The translations under genes and the position numbers were made by a program. From the NCBI RefSeq assembly GCF_004010195.1, contig NC_057719.1:79805030-79869029 (forward strand): a stretch of DNA of 64,000 bases, in the 5' to 3' direction. The notes beneath the pieces were generated by a model that was not told the DNA's origin, did not search any database, and saw nothing but the letters and a program-made list of their open reading frames with translations. How positions within the stretch are numbered: the stretch's first letter is position 1; each line of letters begins with the position of its first letter. This DNA comes from Chiloscyllium plagiosum (lineage: Eukaryota). Positions 39,556-52,633 of this stretch are shown here, piece by piece.

Positions 39556-40487
39556 ATTTTACAAGGGAGAGGAGCAGCAAAGCTAGGCCCCAAACCCTAC
39601 CTTTCAACCATTTTACAGGGAGATGAGGACAAACCTCAAAACCCAGTTCCACATGTGACAAGACAGTGACAATGACATTTGTACATTAGACAATACTGTT
39701 ACATACAAAAGTGTAGACAATACAGACCCAGCAAGCCCCCGTCCCTCCCACCTTCCGACCACACTAAGGCAGCCCGCCCCTACCCTCCTTCCAGCTCTCG
39801 GTCCACCCCATGCCCAGGGTAGGCCATTCAGCCCTCAGGAGTGCTCTGCCATTGGTCAAGAGCATGGCTCATCAGATTGTGATGTCAGATCCAAATTCCC
39901 GCCTACCCCAATAACCTTTGACTCCCTGGTCAAGAATCTCCTCTACCTCTGCCTCGACAATATTCAATGATCACCGTTTGGACAGGACAGTGTCAATATA
40001 TACAAGAACAGCGGTCTCCAGACAGTGCCATACTTAAAGGGGAAAGAGGGTTTGAGAAAAAGGTTTGAGAAAAAACAGGCCAACAGGATTGGTGCATCTT
40101 TCATTAATGCAGACTCTTCAAGTCATTGTCCAGACTCTTATACTATTCAGAGATCAGCCAGGAATTCTCTGAAATTGTATTTGTTCTGCATCAGTCCTGC
40201 CAAACTGGTAGCACAGGCAGAGACAAAGAAAAAAACCGCACCCAATGCCAAATGCAGCATCTTCTCAGGAGTAAATTTGGCTTTGAGTCGACAGCACATG
40301 ATCCATTCTTATAGCTGTCACTGACTCCATGCACAAGCAAATCTAACAGCAACATCCAGCAAGTGGACAACAATTAACTGCATATTCATCACTGTTTGTG
40401 GTGAGAGTTTGTCTACCAAACGAAAGTAGCTCAGCCCTGTCTGAGCCAAAAAGGTTATCAGATTTGAATCTCACACTTGCTAAGACA

Positions 40488-40622
40488 AAAGCAAAATGCT
40501 ACAAATGCTGGAAACCCGAAACAAAAACAGAATGTGTGAAACTTTCAGGAGGTCAGGCTGCAGCGTCTGTGAAGAGGAAATGAGAGTGAACATTTCAGGC
40601 TGACAACCTTTCATCAGAACTG
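40488..40622 (-). mobile_element. Old PLE-type tail with degenerate hammerhead
   Basis: Minus strand reads ttctgatgaaaggttgtcagcctgaaatgtt followed by a related tail. Confidence 0.45.
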
Positions 40623-40849
40623 AAGGAAAGTTGCACTGTTGGAAATGTTCATATCAGATGTTAAAGCGAGCTCCCATCTCAGCTATTATCCTCTTAACCA
40701 TTAAATCGAAGAACAGTGTGGGATATTTATCTTTTAACCAACATCACTGAAAACATAGACTGCTCATTACTCCATTGTGATCTTGTGAGAACTTTCCATG
40801 TGTATATTTCCTATGTAACCACATTGACTTATAAGATCACTTGTTGTCA

Positions 40850-41560
40850 TACAAGCATGTAAATTTATGAAGGGAATAAGATAATATAAAACCAGGGAGG
40901 TTGTTTCTACTGGCAGGTGAAACTAGAACGAGAGGAGATAGCCTCAAGATAAGTGGGGTGGGGGGGGTGCATAGATTTAGGACTGAGTTAAGGAGAAACT
41001 TCTTCACCCTAAGGGTTGTGAAGCTATGGAATTCCTTGACCAGTGAAGCAGTTAGATTAGATTACATTACAGTGTGGAAACAGGCCCTTCGGCCCAACAA
41101 GTCCACACCGACCCGCCGAAGCGTAACCCACCCATACCCCTACATTTACCCCTTACCTAACACTACGGGCAATTTAGCATGGCCAGTTCACCTGACCTGC
41201 ACATCTTTGGACTGTGGGAGGAAACCGGAGCACCCGGAGGAAACCCACGCAGACACAGGGAGAATGTGCAAACTCCACACAGTCAGTCGACGGAGGCGGG
41301 AATTGAACCCGGGTCTCTGGCGCTGTGAGGCAGCAGTGCTAACCACTGTGCCACCGTGCCGCCCACTGAAAGGTAGTTAAGGCTACCTCGTTGAATGCTT
41401 TGAAGGCAGATAGTTCCTTTACTGTTCAAAAATCTAAGGGTTATAGTGAGTGGGCGGCTAAGTGGAGCTAAATTCACAAAAAGATCAGCCATGATCTTAC
41501 TGAACAGCAGAGCAGGTTCGATGGGCCGGATGGCCTACTCCTGCTCCTGGTTCTTATGTC
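40850..41560 (+). mobile_element. CR1-like LINE 3' fragment interrupted by a SINE (41052-41364)
   Basis: GETRTRGDSLKI...FRTELRRNFFTLRVVKLWNSL; tail resumes after the SINE. Confidence 0.75.
41052..41364 (-). mobile_element. Young-looking full-length HE1-type V-SINE
   Basis: gggcggcacggtggcacagtggttagcactgctgcctcacagcgccagagacccgggttcaattccc with CpGs retained. Confidence 0.88.
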
Positions 41561-41934
41561 ATAATGATGTGATGTGGTGTTGTACACATAACATTTGCCA
41601 CAGCAAATTGGGTAATTAATGAGGCAGATGTCTAAAAGTTTATTAACAACTAACTATGTAAACTCATATGACATCTTAGACACATAGATTTTTGGTTAAA
41701 TGCTAAATTGCCTTATTAATACATTACATCCAAAGTTGACCAGCTAACGAAAGAACTGATCAATTGACTATCTGCTTGCTAACCAACTAACTGCTGATTC
41801 AATGTACAGATTAAGATGGAGACGTCTTACACTACAACATCATGGATTGTGAAGTCATCTAGTTCTCTTAAGGATACTGTGCCTTTCTGAGATCTGTATA
41901 ATAATGCAACAGTGGATAGACTTCAACAGTACTT

Positions 41935-42395
41935 TTCGAAATTCATTCATAGGATGTTGGGTGCATTGGATGTGCCACCATTTATTACCTATGCTTGCCT
42001 GCCCTAGAGAAAGTGAGCTGCCTTCTTGAACAGATGTAGTCCTTACACTGTAGATTAGGGAGAGAATTTCAGGATTCTGACTCAGCCACACTGTAGGAAC
42101 AGCAATATATTTCCAAGTCAGGACGGTGAGTGACTTGGAATGGAACTTGCAGGTGGTGTTCCCATGTATCTGCTGCCCTAGTCTTTCCAGATGGAAATGG
42201 CCGTGGGTTTGGAGGGTGCTCACCAAGGAGCCTTGGTGAATTTGTGCTGTGCATTTTGAAGATGATGCACACTGTTGGAACTGAACGTCAATAGTAGAGG
42301 GAGTGGATGTTTATGGATGTGGTGCCAATCAAGCCGACTGCCTTGTCCTAGACAGTGTCAAAGATCTTGGAAATGCACCCATCCAGGCAAGTGGG
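41935..42395 (-). mobile_element. LINE 3' fragment (related copy at ~50480-50980)
   Basis: Shared ttccaagtcagg...gcaggtggtgttcccatg...cacccatccaggcaa blocks. Confidence 0.55.
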
Positions 42396-43484
42396 GATTT
42401 GACTTCATTGACTGTAAGAAGATTGGAAGGACCCTGGTCTTTAAGAGGAACTTAAAGGACAGCAAAAGATGTGACTAATAAAGCCAATAGGCAATTCAGA
42501 GAAACTCCTTTCTCTAAACAATGTAGAACTTGCTACCACAAAGAGTTATTTGTGATGAATACAAAGGAAAAAGAAAGCAAAACTGAGTAAAACTTACAAA
42601 TGACAATATTTGTCCAAATGGGATGTTTAAGTTTGAGATACACAAGAAGAATTTGGATTAGTATAGAGAGTATGGATACATTTAATAAGAAGCGAGATAG
42701 GTACATGAAGCTTGAAAGAATAGATGGATTCAAACTGTTCTTCTCCCAAGCTACAGTACAATGAGCCTATGATTATGTCAATGGGGTTAGATGGAGATGG
42801 ATGGGTAGAGGCTTATTTGGAGTACGAACCCTAGTAACAAGCAGTTAGCCTGGATGGCCTGCTTCTCTGGTATACAAAAGTGTGTTTGTGTGTGTGTGTG
42901 TGTCTGTGTGTGCATGTGCGCATGAGAGATAGATAGAGAGTGTGATTGAGTGTGTGTGTATTTGCTTGTTGCAGGAGTGTGTGTGTGAGAGAGAGAAAAG
43001 GTTGATGGAACAGAGGCAAGAATGTACACTAAATCAAATGGAGAACAAATTACAGTATGGAGCATGTGTGGTGTGGGCCTCTGCCAACTTAGTTCAGCTG
43101 GTGGCACGTTCACATTCACACATGTTCTAAAATCCTTGCTCTGGAATGATGAGGGAATACTGACTCATCACAAGTGCCATCCTTCTCAGCAGATGATAAA
43201 CTAAATGCTGGTTATTGCCTCTTCGATGACCCCACAGCACTAATGGCAGAAGGGAAGGGAATGGTCCTGGACAGCATTCCTTTCCTCTGCCAATAGTTCA
43301 GCTCATACTAGTACTTTGTAATACTATAAAGCATGTATTAAATAGCACTATTTTGTAAATATCAATTGGGGCTCAGATGCCAGTCCTCTTACCTCTAAAT
43401 CTGACCATTGTGGATTGAAGCCCCACTCTAGAATTTTGAACTCAAAATCTCGAATGATAGCGAGAAGTGCTGCCTTTTGAATGA

Positions 43485-43783
43485 GATTAGATTACTTACA
43501 GTGTGGAAACAGGCCCTTCGGCCCAACAAGTCCATACCGACCTGCCACTCACCCAGACCCACTCCCCTACATTTACCCCTTCACCTAACACTACGGGCAA
43601 TTTAGAATGTCCAATTCACCTAACCTGCACATTTTTGGATTGTGGGACAAAACTGGAGTACCCGGAGAAAACCCACGCAGAGAATGTGCAAACTCCACAT
43701 AGAGAGTCGCCTGAGGCGGGAATTGAACCCAGGTTTCTGGCGCTGTGAGGCAGCAGTGCGAACCACTGTGCCACCGTGCCGCC
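43485..43783 (-). mobile_element. HE1-type V-SINE
   Basis: Full head, core and tail. Confidence 0.85.
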
Positions 43784-44934
43784 CTGGTAAACTAATGCTC
43801 ATTGAACTCTCTCACATCAAAGTAAAATATTCTACAAAAGTTTTCCGTATGCTGGGATATTATCACACATGGAAAATTGCCAAGACAGATTATCTTGTCG
43901 TTAACATGCGATTGTCTGTGGGAATGTGGTATGTAGCTGCCACAATTCTTACATTTCAACTTATGAAAGGGACTCAAGTCTGAAGTCACAAAAGGCACTA
44001 CATAAATATCAGCCTTTCTTTGCTTGACCTACCAAGCTCCTGCCACCAACACACACTCAAAGGGATCCAGAATAATAAAGAAAAGCAGAAACTTGCTTAC
44101 ATCTGGTTGCCATTATATTATTGGATACAATGTAGGAGCAGTAAACCTTGGATGTTCCTTGATATTCCCTCTCCATGGTTGGGAGATACTGCCCATTTAG
44201 TAAAACTCTGGAAAGACCTTTGATCAGATACATATGGTGCGGTCACACTGCATCTACAGACTCAAGCAAAGAAAGGTCCAGTTGAGTGTGTGGTGTAGGA
44301 ATTTGCCCACTGTGTGATGACTTGTCTCTCTGTGGGTCACCACACTCAGCAAAGCCCAGCTTTCATCTCAATGGATTATTTAATAACAATTCAGAAAACC
44401 ACATACTTTCATACTATTTTATCTTTTGTGGTTCATTTTGCTCCTTTGTCCTTCTCTCCCTTACTCTTGTTTTTTTTTTTAAAATCTGCATGCCTCCCCC
44501 CTCCGGCCCCCAATATCACACACCACTCTGTGGCCAATAGGGAATTTGGCCAGGTTTCCATTCAGAGCTCCACTGATTATAAACGCTGTGAAAAGCACAG
44601 CAAGCCTGATTCAGGTCAGAATACTTTTGTCTCGATTGCTGCTCCCTTACACTACCACAAACAGCACTGTTGAGGAAATTACAGTTGTCCTAAGGATCCT
44701 GACCAAGCAATGATGGGTGAATATATTCCAGGGAACTGAGACACATGGCCTCCCATCAGCTAGTGCCTACCCCAAGCTCTCCCCATTAGCTGTGAGACAC
44801 AGACCCCTACCTGCATTAATTGAAAAGTAAGAAAACAATCTCTTGATCTCCTACTTGGATGAATTCGGAAGGGTAATCTCCTTCTCACCTCCAATGTTTG
44901 TACAAATAATAAAATAAAAGTGACCAATGAAATT

Positions 44935-45268
44935 GAGGATATGGAGGTGCTGGGCCTCCTCCACCGCCGCTCCCTCACCACCAGACGCATGGAAGAAGAA
45001 CGCCTCATCTTCCGCCTTGGAAGACTTCAACCCCAGGGCATCAATGTGGACTTCAACAGCTTCCTCATTTCCCCTTTCATCTCCTCCCCCACTGACCTAT
45101 TGTACTCTATGCTACTCTATCCTCACCCCACCCTCCTCTAGCTTATCTCTCCACGCTTCAGGCTCTCTGCCTTTATTCCTGATGAAGGACTTTTGCCCGA
45201 AACGTCGATTTTGCCTGTCCTCGGATGCTGCCTGAATTGCTGTGCTCTTCCAGCACCACTGATCCAGA
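44935..45268 (+). mobile_element. Penelope-like element 3' remnant
   Basis: DMEVLGLLHRRSLTTRRMEEERLIFRLGRLQPQGINVDFNSF followed by the HHR. Confidence 0.78.
45175..45210 (+). ncRNA. Minimal hammerhead motif downstream of a PLE ORF remnant
   Basis: AUUC-CUGAUGA-A-GGAC-uuuu-GCCC-GAAA-CGUC^GAUU, with one helix II mismatch. Confidence 0.6.
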
Positions 45269-46322
45269 ATGAAAATGAAGAATACTTCTTTTTTAAAAAA
45301 TGCTCCACCTTATGTAAATTGCTCAGAGCAGTGACGTGGAGATTAATGTTTAAATCATGGTAACACCAGAATGATCCTGGTGGACTAACAACTCTTTGAT
45401 TAAGTGGAAGGAAGCTAACAACGCAGACATCTGCTGCAGCTGGCCTTTTGTATGCACGTGGTAGCCTGGCTATAAAGTGTAGACAGAACTGGGCTGACCC
45501 ACAGATTCCACAGGCACCACCATGAAGCATAGGCACGTCTGCCCTTGTATGCCAGCTGGGGCAAAACCACCAGAGATTAGGACAGCGCCAATACTGGTGT
45601 TCTTGGGTTCGGCGATGAGGCCTTTGGCTCTTGGACTGGGAAGATCAAGTAGCCCTGAAGGACATGTTGAAGTGGTCAGGGGGAATCAAAGTTTGTTAAG
45701 GGGAGAGCCAAGTCTGATGGTGGGGTTGAGGACGGAGACAGATCACAGGGTACTGGGAATGTAACTTGTCAGGCCTGGAGGAGGCACTCCAGCTCATCTT
45801 AACCCACAAGCAGTGCCACAAAAGCACCGTCCTCATGAACTTTTCTTGCCTACTTTCAATGTCCAGTTAATAATGGCTGTCCTTCCCTCCCATTGAACAC
45901 CTAGCCTTGAACACTCAGCGAGGGGAGAGCAATAACAACCATAGAAGGAGATGTCCAAGCAACAGGAGTAGACTATTCAGCCCCTCAAGTCAGCTCTGCT
46001 CTTCATACAATTCATGATTGATCAGTACCTTAACGCCATTGAACTGCCTTACACTATGAACAACAAAAATGTACAGACCTCAGTTTTGAAATTTCCAATT
46101 AACGCAGAGTTTCAACAGCATTCAGAACAGAGGGCTCCAAATGTTCACCAATTTTTAGTGTGAAGCTTCCTTATATCACTCCTAACCTTCTTAGCTTTAC
46201 AGTAGCTATGCTCCTTGCATGGGCTCCCCCACTAGCAAGGATAACTTGTCCCTGTCAGCTCTTCCAGTTTTTTTTTAAATCATTTTCAAAACTTCAATTA
46301 GATCTTCATCTTCTCTGTTAGA

Positions 46323-46532
46323 ATGAGGTGCCAGTGTTGGACTGGGGTAGACAAAGTCAGAAGTCACATGACACCAGGTTACAGTCCAGCAGGTTTATTC
46401 CAAATCACAAGCTTTCTGAGCGGTAGCCCCTTTGTTGGGTGAACTCACCTGACGAAGGAGCATCGCTCAGAGAGCTTGTGATTTCAAATAAACCTGTTGG
46501 ACTATAACCTGGTGTTGTGTGCTTTCTGACTT
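46323..46532. mobile_element. Fold-back element related to 9061-9331, degenerate hammerheads
   Basis: acaccaggttacagtccagcagg ... cctgttggactataacctggtgt inverted arms; CUGACGA present but GAAA mutated to GAGA. Confidence 0.65.
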
Positions 46533-46815
46533 CTATGTTACAGGCAATAAAAGACAAGCTTATGCAATCTGTCCTTATAATGCAACTCTTTTGACCTGGT
46601 GGCTTTCTGATAGTTCTATATTGCATCCCCTCCTAGCCCATCATCTCCTTCCTAGGTTGCACAGAACTACATATGGGGGTCTAGGCAGAGAGTATGTAAA
46701 TCTAGAACTTCTACTGCTTGCTGTCAGAGCACCCTTGATATAAATCAGCCAATTCCCTCAGCACCAATGCATCATAAGTTTGAGATTTTCCTATGCACAC
46801 TTGTATAGGAATGAG

Positions 46816-47017
46816 ACAAAAAGTGTGGCACTGAAAAAGCACAGGTCAGGCAGCATCCGAGGAGCAGGAGAGGCAACTTTTCAAGCATTTCTGATGAGGG
46901 GCTTATGCCCAAAATGCCGACTCTCCTGCTCCTCGGATGCTGCCTGACCTGCTGCGCTGTTCCAGTGTCACAATTTTCGACCTCTGACTCTCCAGCATCT
47001 GCAGGCCTCACTTTTTC
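46816..47017. mobile_element. Fold-back copy of the ACGU-type PLE tail, degenerate hammerhead
   Basis: caggtcaggcagcatccgaggagcaggagag is inverted against ctctcctgctcctcggatgctgcctgacctg; ctgatgaggggcttatgccc at the centre. Confidence 0.65.
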
Positions 47018-48214
47018 ATTTGCAAAGGAATGGCCAGCTAAGGCCCACATCCAGCTATAACGTGCAAGAGTCATTGCTAGATTGCTAATAAGAGGACATA
47101 TTGTTTGAGGTCTGCAGGCAAAGACAGAACACATCTCTTTTTTAAAAACAATATCAGAAAGAAAGCATAAATAGTTTTGTCCCGCACGCATAAATTAACT
47201 ATCAATATGCTGCAGGTAAATCAGATTAATTTATATTGCAGCATTTCACAAAAGTGACCATTCTATCAGGATTACAGAGGATGCAGTCAGAAGTCAAACA
47301 CAAACAGAATGGACAGTCTGCCAGTGCTTCGAAGGTACCTGTTATAAAATAGGGAAGAAGCATGAAGAGTACATGCCTTCGCATGTCAGCTGCAGCTCAA
47401 TGGTAGCGCTCTTGGCTCTGAGTCAAGTCCATCCCCAGAGATATTAGAAAACAGTCTAGGCAGACACTCCAGTTTAGCAATGGAGTGGGGCATTAAATGG
47501 TTAGAGGGGCTTTTGTTTTCCAATTCAGAGATTAAACTGAGGAGGGTTGCTATCCCGATGGTACCAGCCAATGTTTACTCCCAAACCAAGGTCCTGAAAA
47601 CAAATTCATTTGCTCATTTACTTAGTTCCAGTTTGTGGGATCTTGCTGTGGGCAGTTTAGTTGTCATGTTTCCTGCACTATAGCAGTGACCTGACTTCAT
47701 TGACTGTAAAGTTCTTTCGGAGCTCTGAGCTAGAAATCGACTGCATATCTTTCATTACCATTTTCAAAACAGGGAATGCTGTTACTATCACTACATTGAC
47801 AACTTCCCTTATAGAACAGATATATTTCCCTTGGGAAATAATGAGCCACTACACGCTGAGTTAAAGAGACAGATTTTATTGGAAAATCCAAAAGGAGATG
47901 ATAAGTAAGTGGAGAGGTTCAGAGCTTAGAATCAAAATGGGTGGAAGATCTCAAAAGAGAAGAAAGTGGAGAGGTAGAGAGGATCAGGAACAGTACTGCA
48001 GATCATCAGGCCTACATGGTTAAAGGCAAAGCATTATGGGACAAAAGGAGAGAGGGACATAGCAGTGCAATAAAGAGTTGGAGGTGGGAGTGATTGAAGT
48101 AGATTATGGGGATAGGTATGGGCAAAACTCTAAAGAGATTTCAACATGAGGTTGAGGAGGTGTTGGCCAGCCAAGCACTAGTGTTCCATGTTTAATTATG
48201 TCATTTAGTGTCTT

Positions 48215-49082
48215 TAAGTAGACAGGCAGGAGGCTGGAAGAACACAGCAAGCCAGGCAGCATCAGGAGGTACAGAAGTCGACGTTTCGGGTGTAACCCTT
48301 CTTCAGGACTGGGGGTGGTGTGGGAGGAGCTGCAGATAAAGGAGGAGGTGGGAGCAGGGTGAAGTGGGATAGGTGAAGATAGGTCAAAGGTATGACCTGG
48401 TTCGTCAATGGAAGGAATGAATCCGGTTGGTGGCAGGGAGCAGTGGAAGGGAGGGGGAGGGGCTGGGAAGGGAGGTTATTTGAAATTGGCGAACTCAATG
48501 TTGAGTCCTCTGGGCTGTGGGGTGCCCAGGCAGAAGATAAGGTGTTGTTCCTCCAATAGGAGCTGTGGTTTGTTTTGGCAATGGAGGCAGCCAAGGATGG
48601 GCGGGGACTGGGAGGACAGGCCTGCTCCTGCGGGCCCAGCTGAGATGCTGGGTAAATTGTTTCCAGAGTTTACGTTTGGTCTCCCCGGGGTAGTGAAGAC
48701 CACATCGGAAGCACCTGATGCAGTAAACCAGGTTGGAAGAGAGGCAGATGAACCTCTGTCTCACCTTGGAAGGACTGCTTGGGGCTTCCAGCCAGGGCAT
48801 TGCCAAGCATCGCAGCCGGCTCCACAGGGAGCGACCGGACCTCCCAGTCACCGCCCATTTCAATTCCCCCAACCACTCCCTTTCTGACCATCCTTGGCTG
48901 CCTCCATTGCCAAAACAAACCACAACTCCTATTGGAGGAACGACACCTTATCTTCCACCTAGGCACCCTACAGCCCAGAGGACTCAACATTGAGTTCTCC
49001 AATTTCAAATAACCTCCCTCCCCAACCCACGACTCCCTTCCCAGCCCCTCCCCCTCCCTTCCACTGCTCCCTGCCACCAACC
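48215..49082. mobile_element. Penelope-like element with inverted partial copy (minus 48215-48785, plus ~48800-49082)
   Basis: CLSSNLVYCIRCFRCGLHYPGETKRKL...QH (GIY-YIG type). Second arm DLPVTAHFNSPNHS...LIFHLGTLQPRGLNIEFSNF in the opposite orientation. Confidence 0.8.
48276..48310 (-). ncRNA. Minimal type I hammerhead ribozyme, intact core (PLE 3' end)
   Basis: AGUC-CUGAAGA-A-GGGU-uac-ACCC-GAAA-CG-UC^GACU: 4-bp helix I, 4-bp helix II, palindromic ACGU helix III. Confidence 0.75.
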
Positions 49083-49313
49083 NNNNNNNNNNNNNNNNNN
49101 NNNNNNNNNNNNNNNNNNNNNNNNNNNNNNNNNNNNNNNNNNNNNNNNNNNNNNNNNNNNNNNNNNNNNNNNNNNNNNNNNNNNNNNNNNNNNNNNNNNN
49201 NNNNNNNNNNNNNNNNNNNNNNNNNNNNNNNNNNNNNNNNNNNNNNNNNNNNNNNNNNNNNNNNNNNNNNNNNNNNNNNNNNNNNNNNNNNNNNNNNNNN
49301 NNNNNNNNNNNNN
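49083..49313. other. Assembly gap
   Basis: Run of N. Confidence 1.
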
Positions 49314-49990
49314 AGTGTTGCTGAACAAAGAGACCTTGGAGTGCAGGTTCATAGCTCCTTGAAAGTAGAGTCACAGGTAGATAGGATAGTGAAGAAGGCG
49401 TTTGGTATGCTTTCCTTTATTGATCAGAGTATTGAGTACAGGAGTTGGGAGGTCATGTTGTGGCTGTACAGGACATTGGTTAGGCCACTGTTGGAATATT
49501 GTGTGCAATTCTGGTCTCCTTCCTATCGGAAAGATATTGTGAAATTGAAAGGGTTCAGAAAAGATTTATAAGGATATGGCCAGGGTTGGAGGATTTGAGC
49601 TATATGGAGAGGCTGAACAGGCTGGGGCTGTTTTCCCTGGAGCGTCAGAGGCTGAGGCTGACCTTATAGAGGTTTATAAAATTATGACAGGCATGGATAG
49701 AGTAAATAGACAAAGCCTTTTCCCTGGGGGCGGGGAGTCCAGAACTAGAGGGCATAGGTTTAGGGTGAGAGTGGTAGGATATGAAAGAGACCTAAGGGGC
49801 AACTTGTTCACGCAGAGGGTGGTATGTGTATGGAATGAGCTGGGAGAAAGTGAGGTCTGCAGATGCTGGAGATCAAAGTTGAAACTTTATTGCTGGAACA
49901 GCACAGCAGGTCAGGCAGCATCCAGGGAACAGGAGATTCGACGTTTCGGGCACAGGCCCTTCTTCAGTACATCTCTATGACTATGACTCT
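49314..49990 (+). mobile_element. CR1-like LINE 3' fragment
   Basis: EQRDLGVQVHSSLKV...LYRTLVRPLLEYCVQFWSP. Confidence 0.85.
49844..49967 (-). mobile_element. 124-bp PLE-derived hammerhead insert within a CR1-like LINE 3' end
   Basis: Starts exactly at CUGAAGA and ends CTCACTTTCTC like its sibling copies. Replaces part of the LINE tail. Confidence 0.72.
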
Positions 49991-51184
49991 AATAGGGCTG
50001 AGGAACATATTAGCCATGATAAGATGGTGGAGAAATCTCTATTGGTCAAATGACCTAATTCTGCTCCTAAATCTTCTAGTCTGATCTGAGTCTGTTTGCT
50101 GTTGATGTTCACTGTGCTTGAATGTTTAAGTAGGGGTGTGGACACCAAGAAAAATAAGCTGCAGAAACAGCTGAAAACCAGAGTTGAGTACAGGGTAGGT
50201 ATTTTAAGACCAAAACTGTTACATTCTTCAACAATATTACATTCTCTGCACTGATCAAATGTACAAATAATGTAATGGGAGCTGACCAAGAAATTGGTCG
50301 TTGGAATAGTCAAGTTGAGAGGCACTTGAATGAAGATATTAGCAGAAAATGAGCAAAGGCAGAGGAAGGAGAGGGTTTTTGTACAAGGTTGCGAGTTAGC
50401 TTAGCATTGATTGTCCATACCATTGGAGAGGGCATTGGTGAGGTACTCGCTTGCACCACTGTTGTGCTTGGGGCATAGGGAGGGGGTTACAGAGCCTTCA
50501 TCCAATGACTGTGAAGGAACCGTGAGACATTTTCAAGTCAGGCTTGGAGGCAAACCTGCAGGTGGCGCTGTTCCCATGCACCTGCTGCCCTTGTCCATCT
50601 GGATGGTAGTGGTCATGGGTTTGGAAAATGCTGTTGAATGATACTTGGCACGTTGCTGCAGTGTATCTTGCACATGGTACACACTGCCGCTAGCACTGGG
50701 CCTGGTAGAGGGTGTGAAGGTTTAAGGTGGATAGATAGGATGCCAATATCTGGGCTGTTTTGTGTTGAGATTCTCAACTGTTGTTGGAGCTGCACTCATC
50801 CAGGCAAATTGAGCATATTCCATCATCCTCCTGATCTGTGCCTTGTGGACAATCTTGGGGAATCAGAAGGTGAGTTACTCCCAGCAGTATTCCTAATCTG
50901 ACCTGTCCTGTCGTCATTGTATTGGTATAGCTGGTTCACTTCAGTTTCTGGTATGTGGTAACCGCTAGGATGTGATGAGTGGAAGTAGGTGGACTTTGAA
51001 TGTTTGGGGGGGGGGCGGGGGGCAGAGGTCAGAAGTTCAGCCTCGGGTCACATGGAGGCAGAAACCCTCAGAGCATTGTGTGGGGAACCTAGTGGTGTAA
51101 TCTACAGGGCTGTGAACCAGAGGCTGGAAGCTGGGGCCAGAATGGGCATCTAGTTTCCTTTCTCTTTCAGCTGGCTCTAGTGTT

Positions 51185-51456
51185 TGATTAGATTCCCTAC
51201 AGTGTGGAAACAGGCCCTTCGGCCCAACAAGTCCACACCGACCCTCTGAAGAGCAATCCACCCAACACTATGGGCAATTTAGTATGACCAATTCACCTGG
51301 CCCTGCACATCTTTGGACTGTGGGAGGAAACCAGAGCACCCGGAGGAAACCCACGCAGACATGGGGAGAATGTGCAAACTCCACACAGACAGTCAGCCGA
51401 GGCTGGGATGGACCCTGGTGCTGTGAGGCAGCAGTGATAACAACTGAGCAACCATG
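51185..51456 (-). mobile_element. HE1-type V-SINE
   Basis: Core and tail recognisable. Confidence 0.8.
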
Positions 51457-52633
51457 TTCAAATTTTTTTTTAAAGAATTTAGACGGCACACTTCCCAAAA
51501 AGTGGGGAAGAAAAACTCTAGTAATGCGGTGTCACAGATGATGAAACTGGTTGTGTTTACAACAAGCTGATACTGGAAGTCGGGTAGTCGCTGGTTCCTG
51601 TAACTGGGCTACAACTGGTAAACAATTTTCTTCCGTTCCTAGGACTCAGCGATGACCTCAGAAATCACTTCACATCCTGGCGCAGACCGCCACGGCGCTC
51701 TGTTAGAATAGCAGCCTATGCAGGAACAGGTAGGGAATCAGAGGGTGCGATGCACCAGGGAGGTGAGAGAGAGAGACAGCTTCTTCATTACAGTCCCCTG
51801 GCTCCCAGCTTTCACTTCAGCCTAGACTCTGATCGGGAAACTGCTGAGGATTGTTGTAAGCTACTACAGAGAGAGAGAGAGAGAGAACAACAAAAACAAG
51901 ATATCAGACAGTCAGGGAGAAATGTTTCACAGCGAAAGGAGGAGGAGTGACTCTTGGAGATGAAACTACAGAATTAGTGAGAAACTCCAACACTGTTCAC
52001 ACCGATAGATAGTTTAGAGGCAGAATGTGGAATATTAGTGGTGGCGTTAATGCAACTCACTGCCTGCGAATACAACAGGAGGGTTGCACTACAGGACTGG
52101 ATGAATATTACACCGGATTCTGGGAATTGCAACGGATGGTAGGCAATGTTTACATTATTGAGGAGTTACATTAGATAACAGCGTAACAGCAGAGTTATAC
52201 ATTGGAGCAGGTTTAAGCAGCAGAGACACAATGTAGCTCCGAGAGCGATACATTCAATCACGTGGCGCGGTAAATCTCAACAGGGTCGTGTCGAAGTTGT
52301 GCTGGACAGAAGCCACAATAGAGAGGCCGGTGTGAAACAGGGCAACACGCTTCCAAACTCAAGCAGAGACAGCGATAGAGAGTGTCTCGGGTTGAAGGCA
52401 GTACAGAATGAGTCAGAGTTTATGAGGAGCAGCTAGTTACACTGGAGACAGCCGATCCAGTGGAACGCCGAGGGCTGAACGGCGTGCGCTGCCTGCAGCG
52501 CCCTAAGGTCTTCCGGGAGACAGTCAATGAAATCGTCCCAGTTGGAGCAGTGCAGAACCGATACAGACCCAGAGTCATGACACCCTCAGCCGCAGAAACA
52601 AGAACACCCTCCCTCCCCCCATCATGTCTCGGA

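Noticed and set aside
41290..41364. tRNA gene-like sequences
   Set aside because: tRNA-derived heads of SINEs, always followed by the V core and LINE-like tail.
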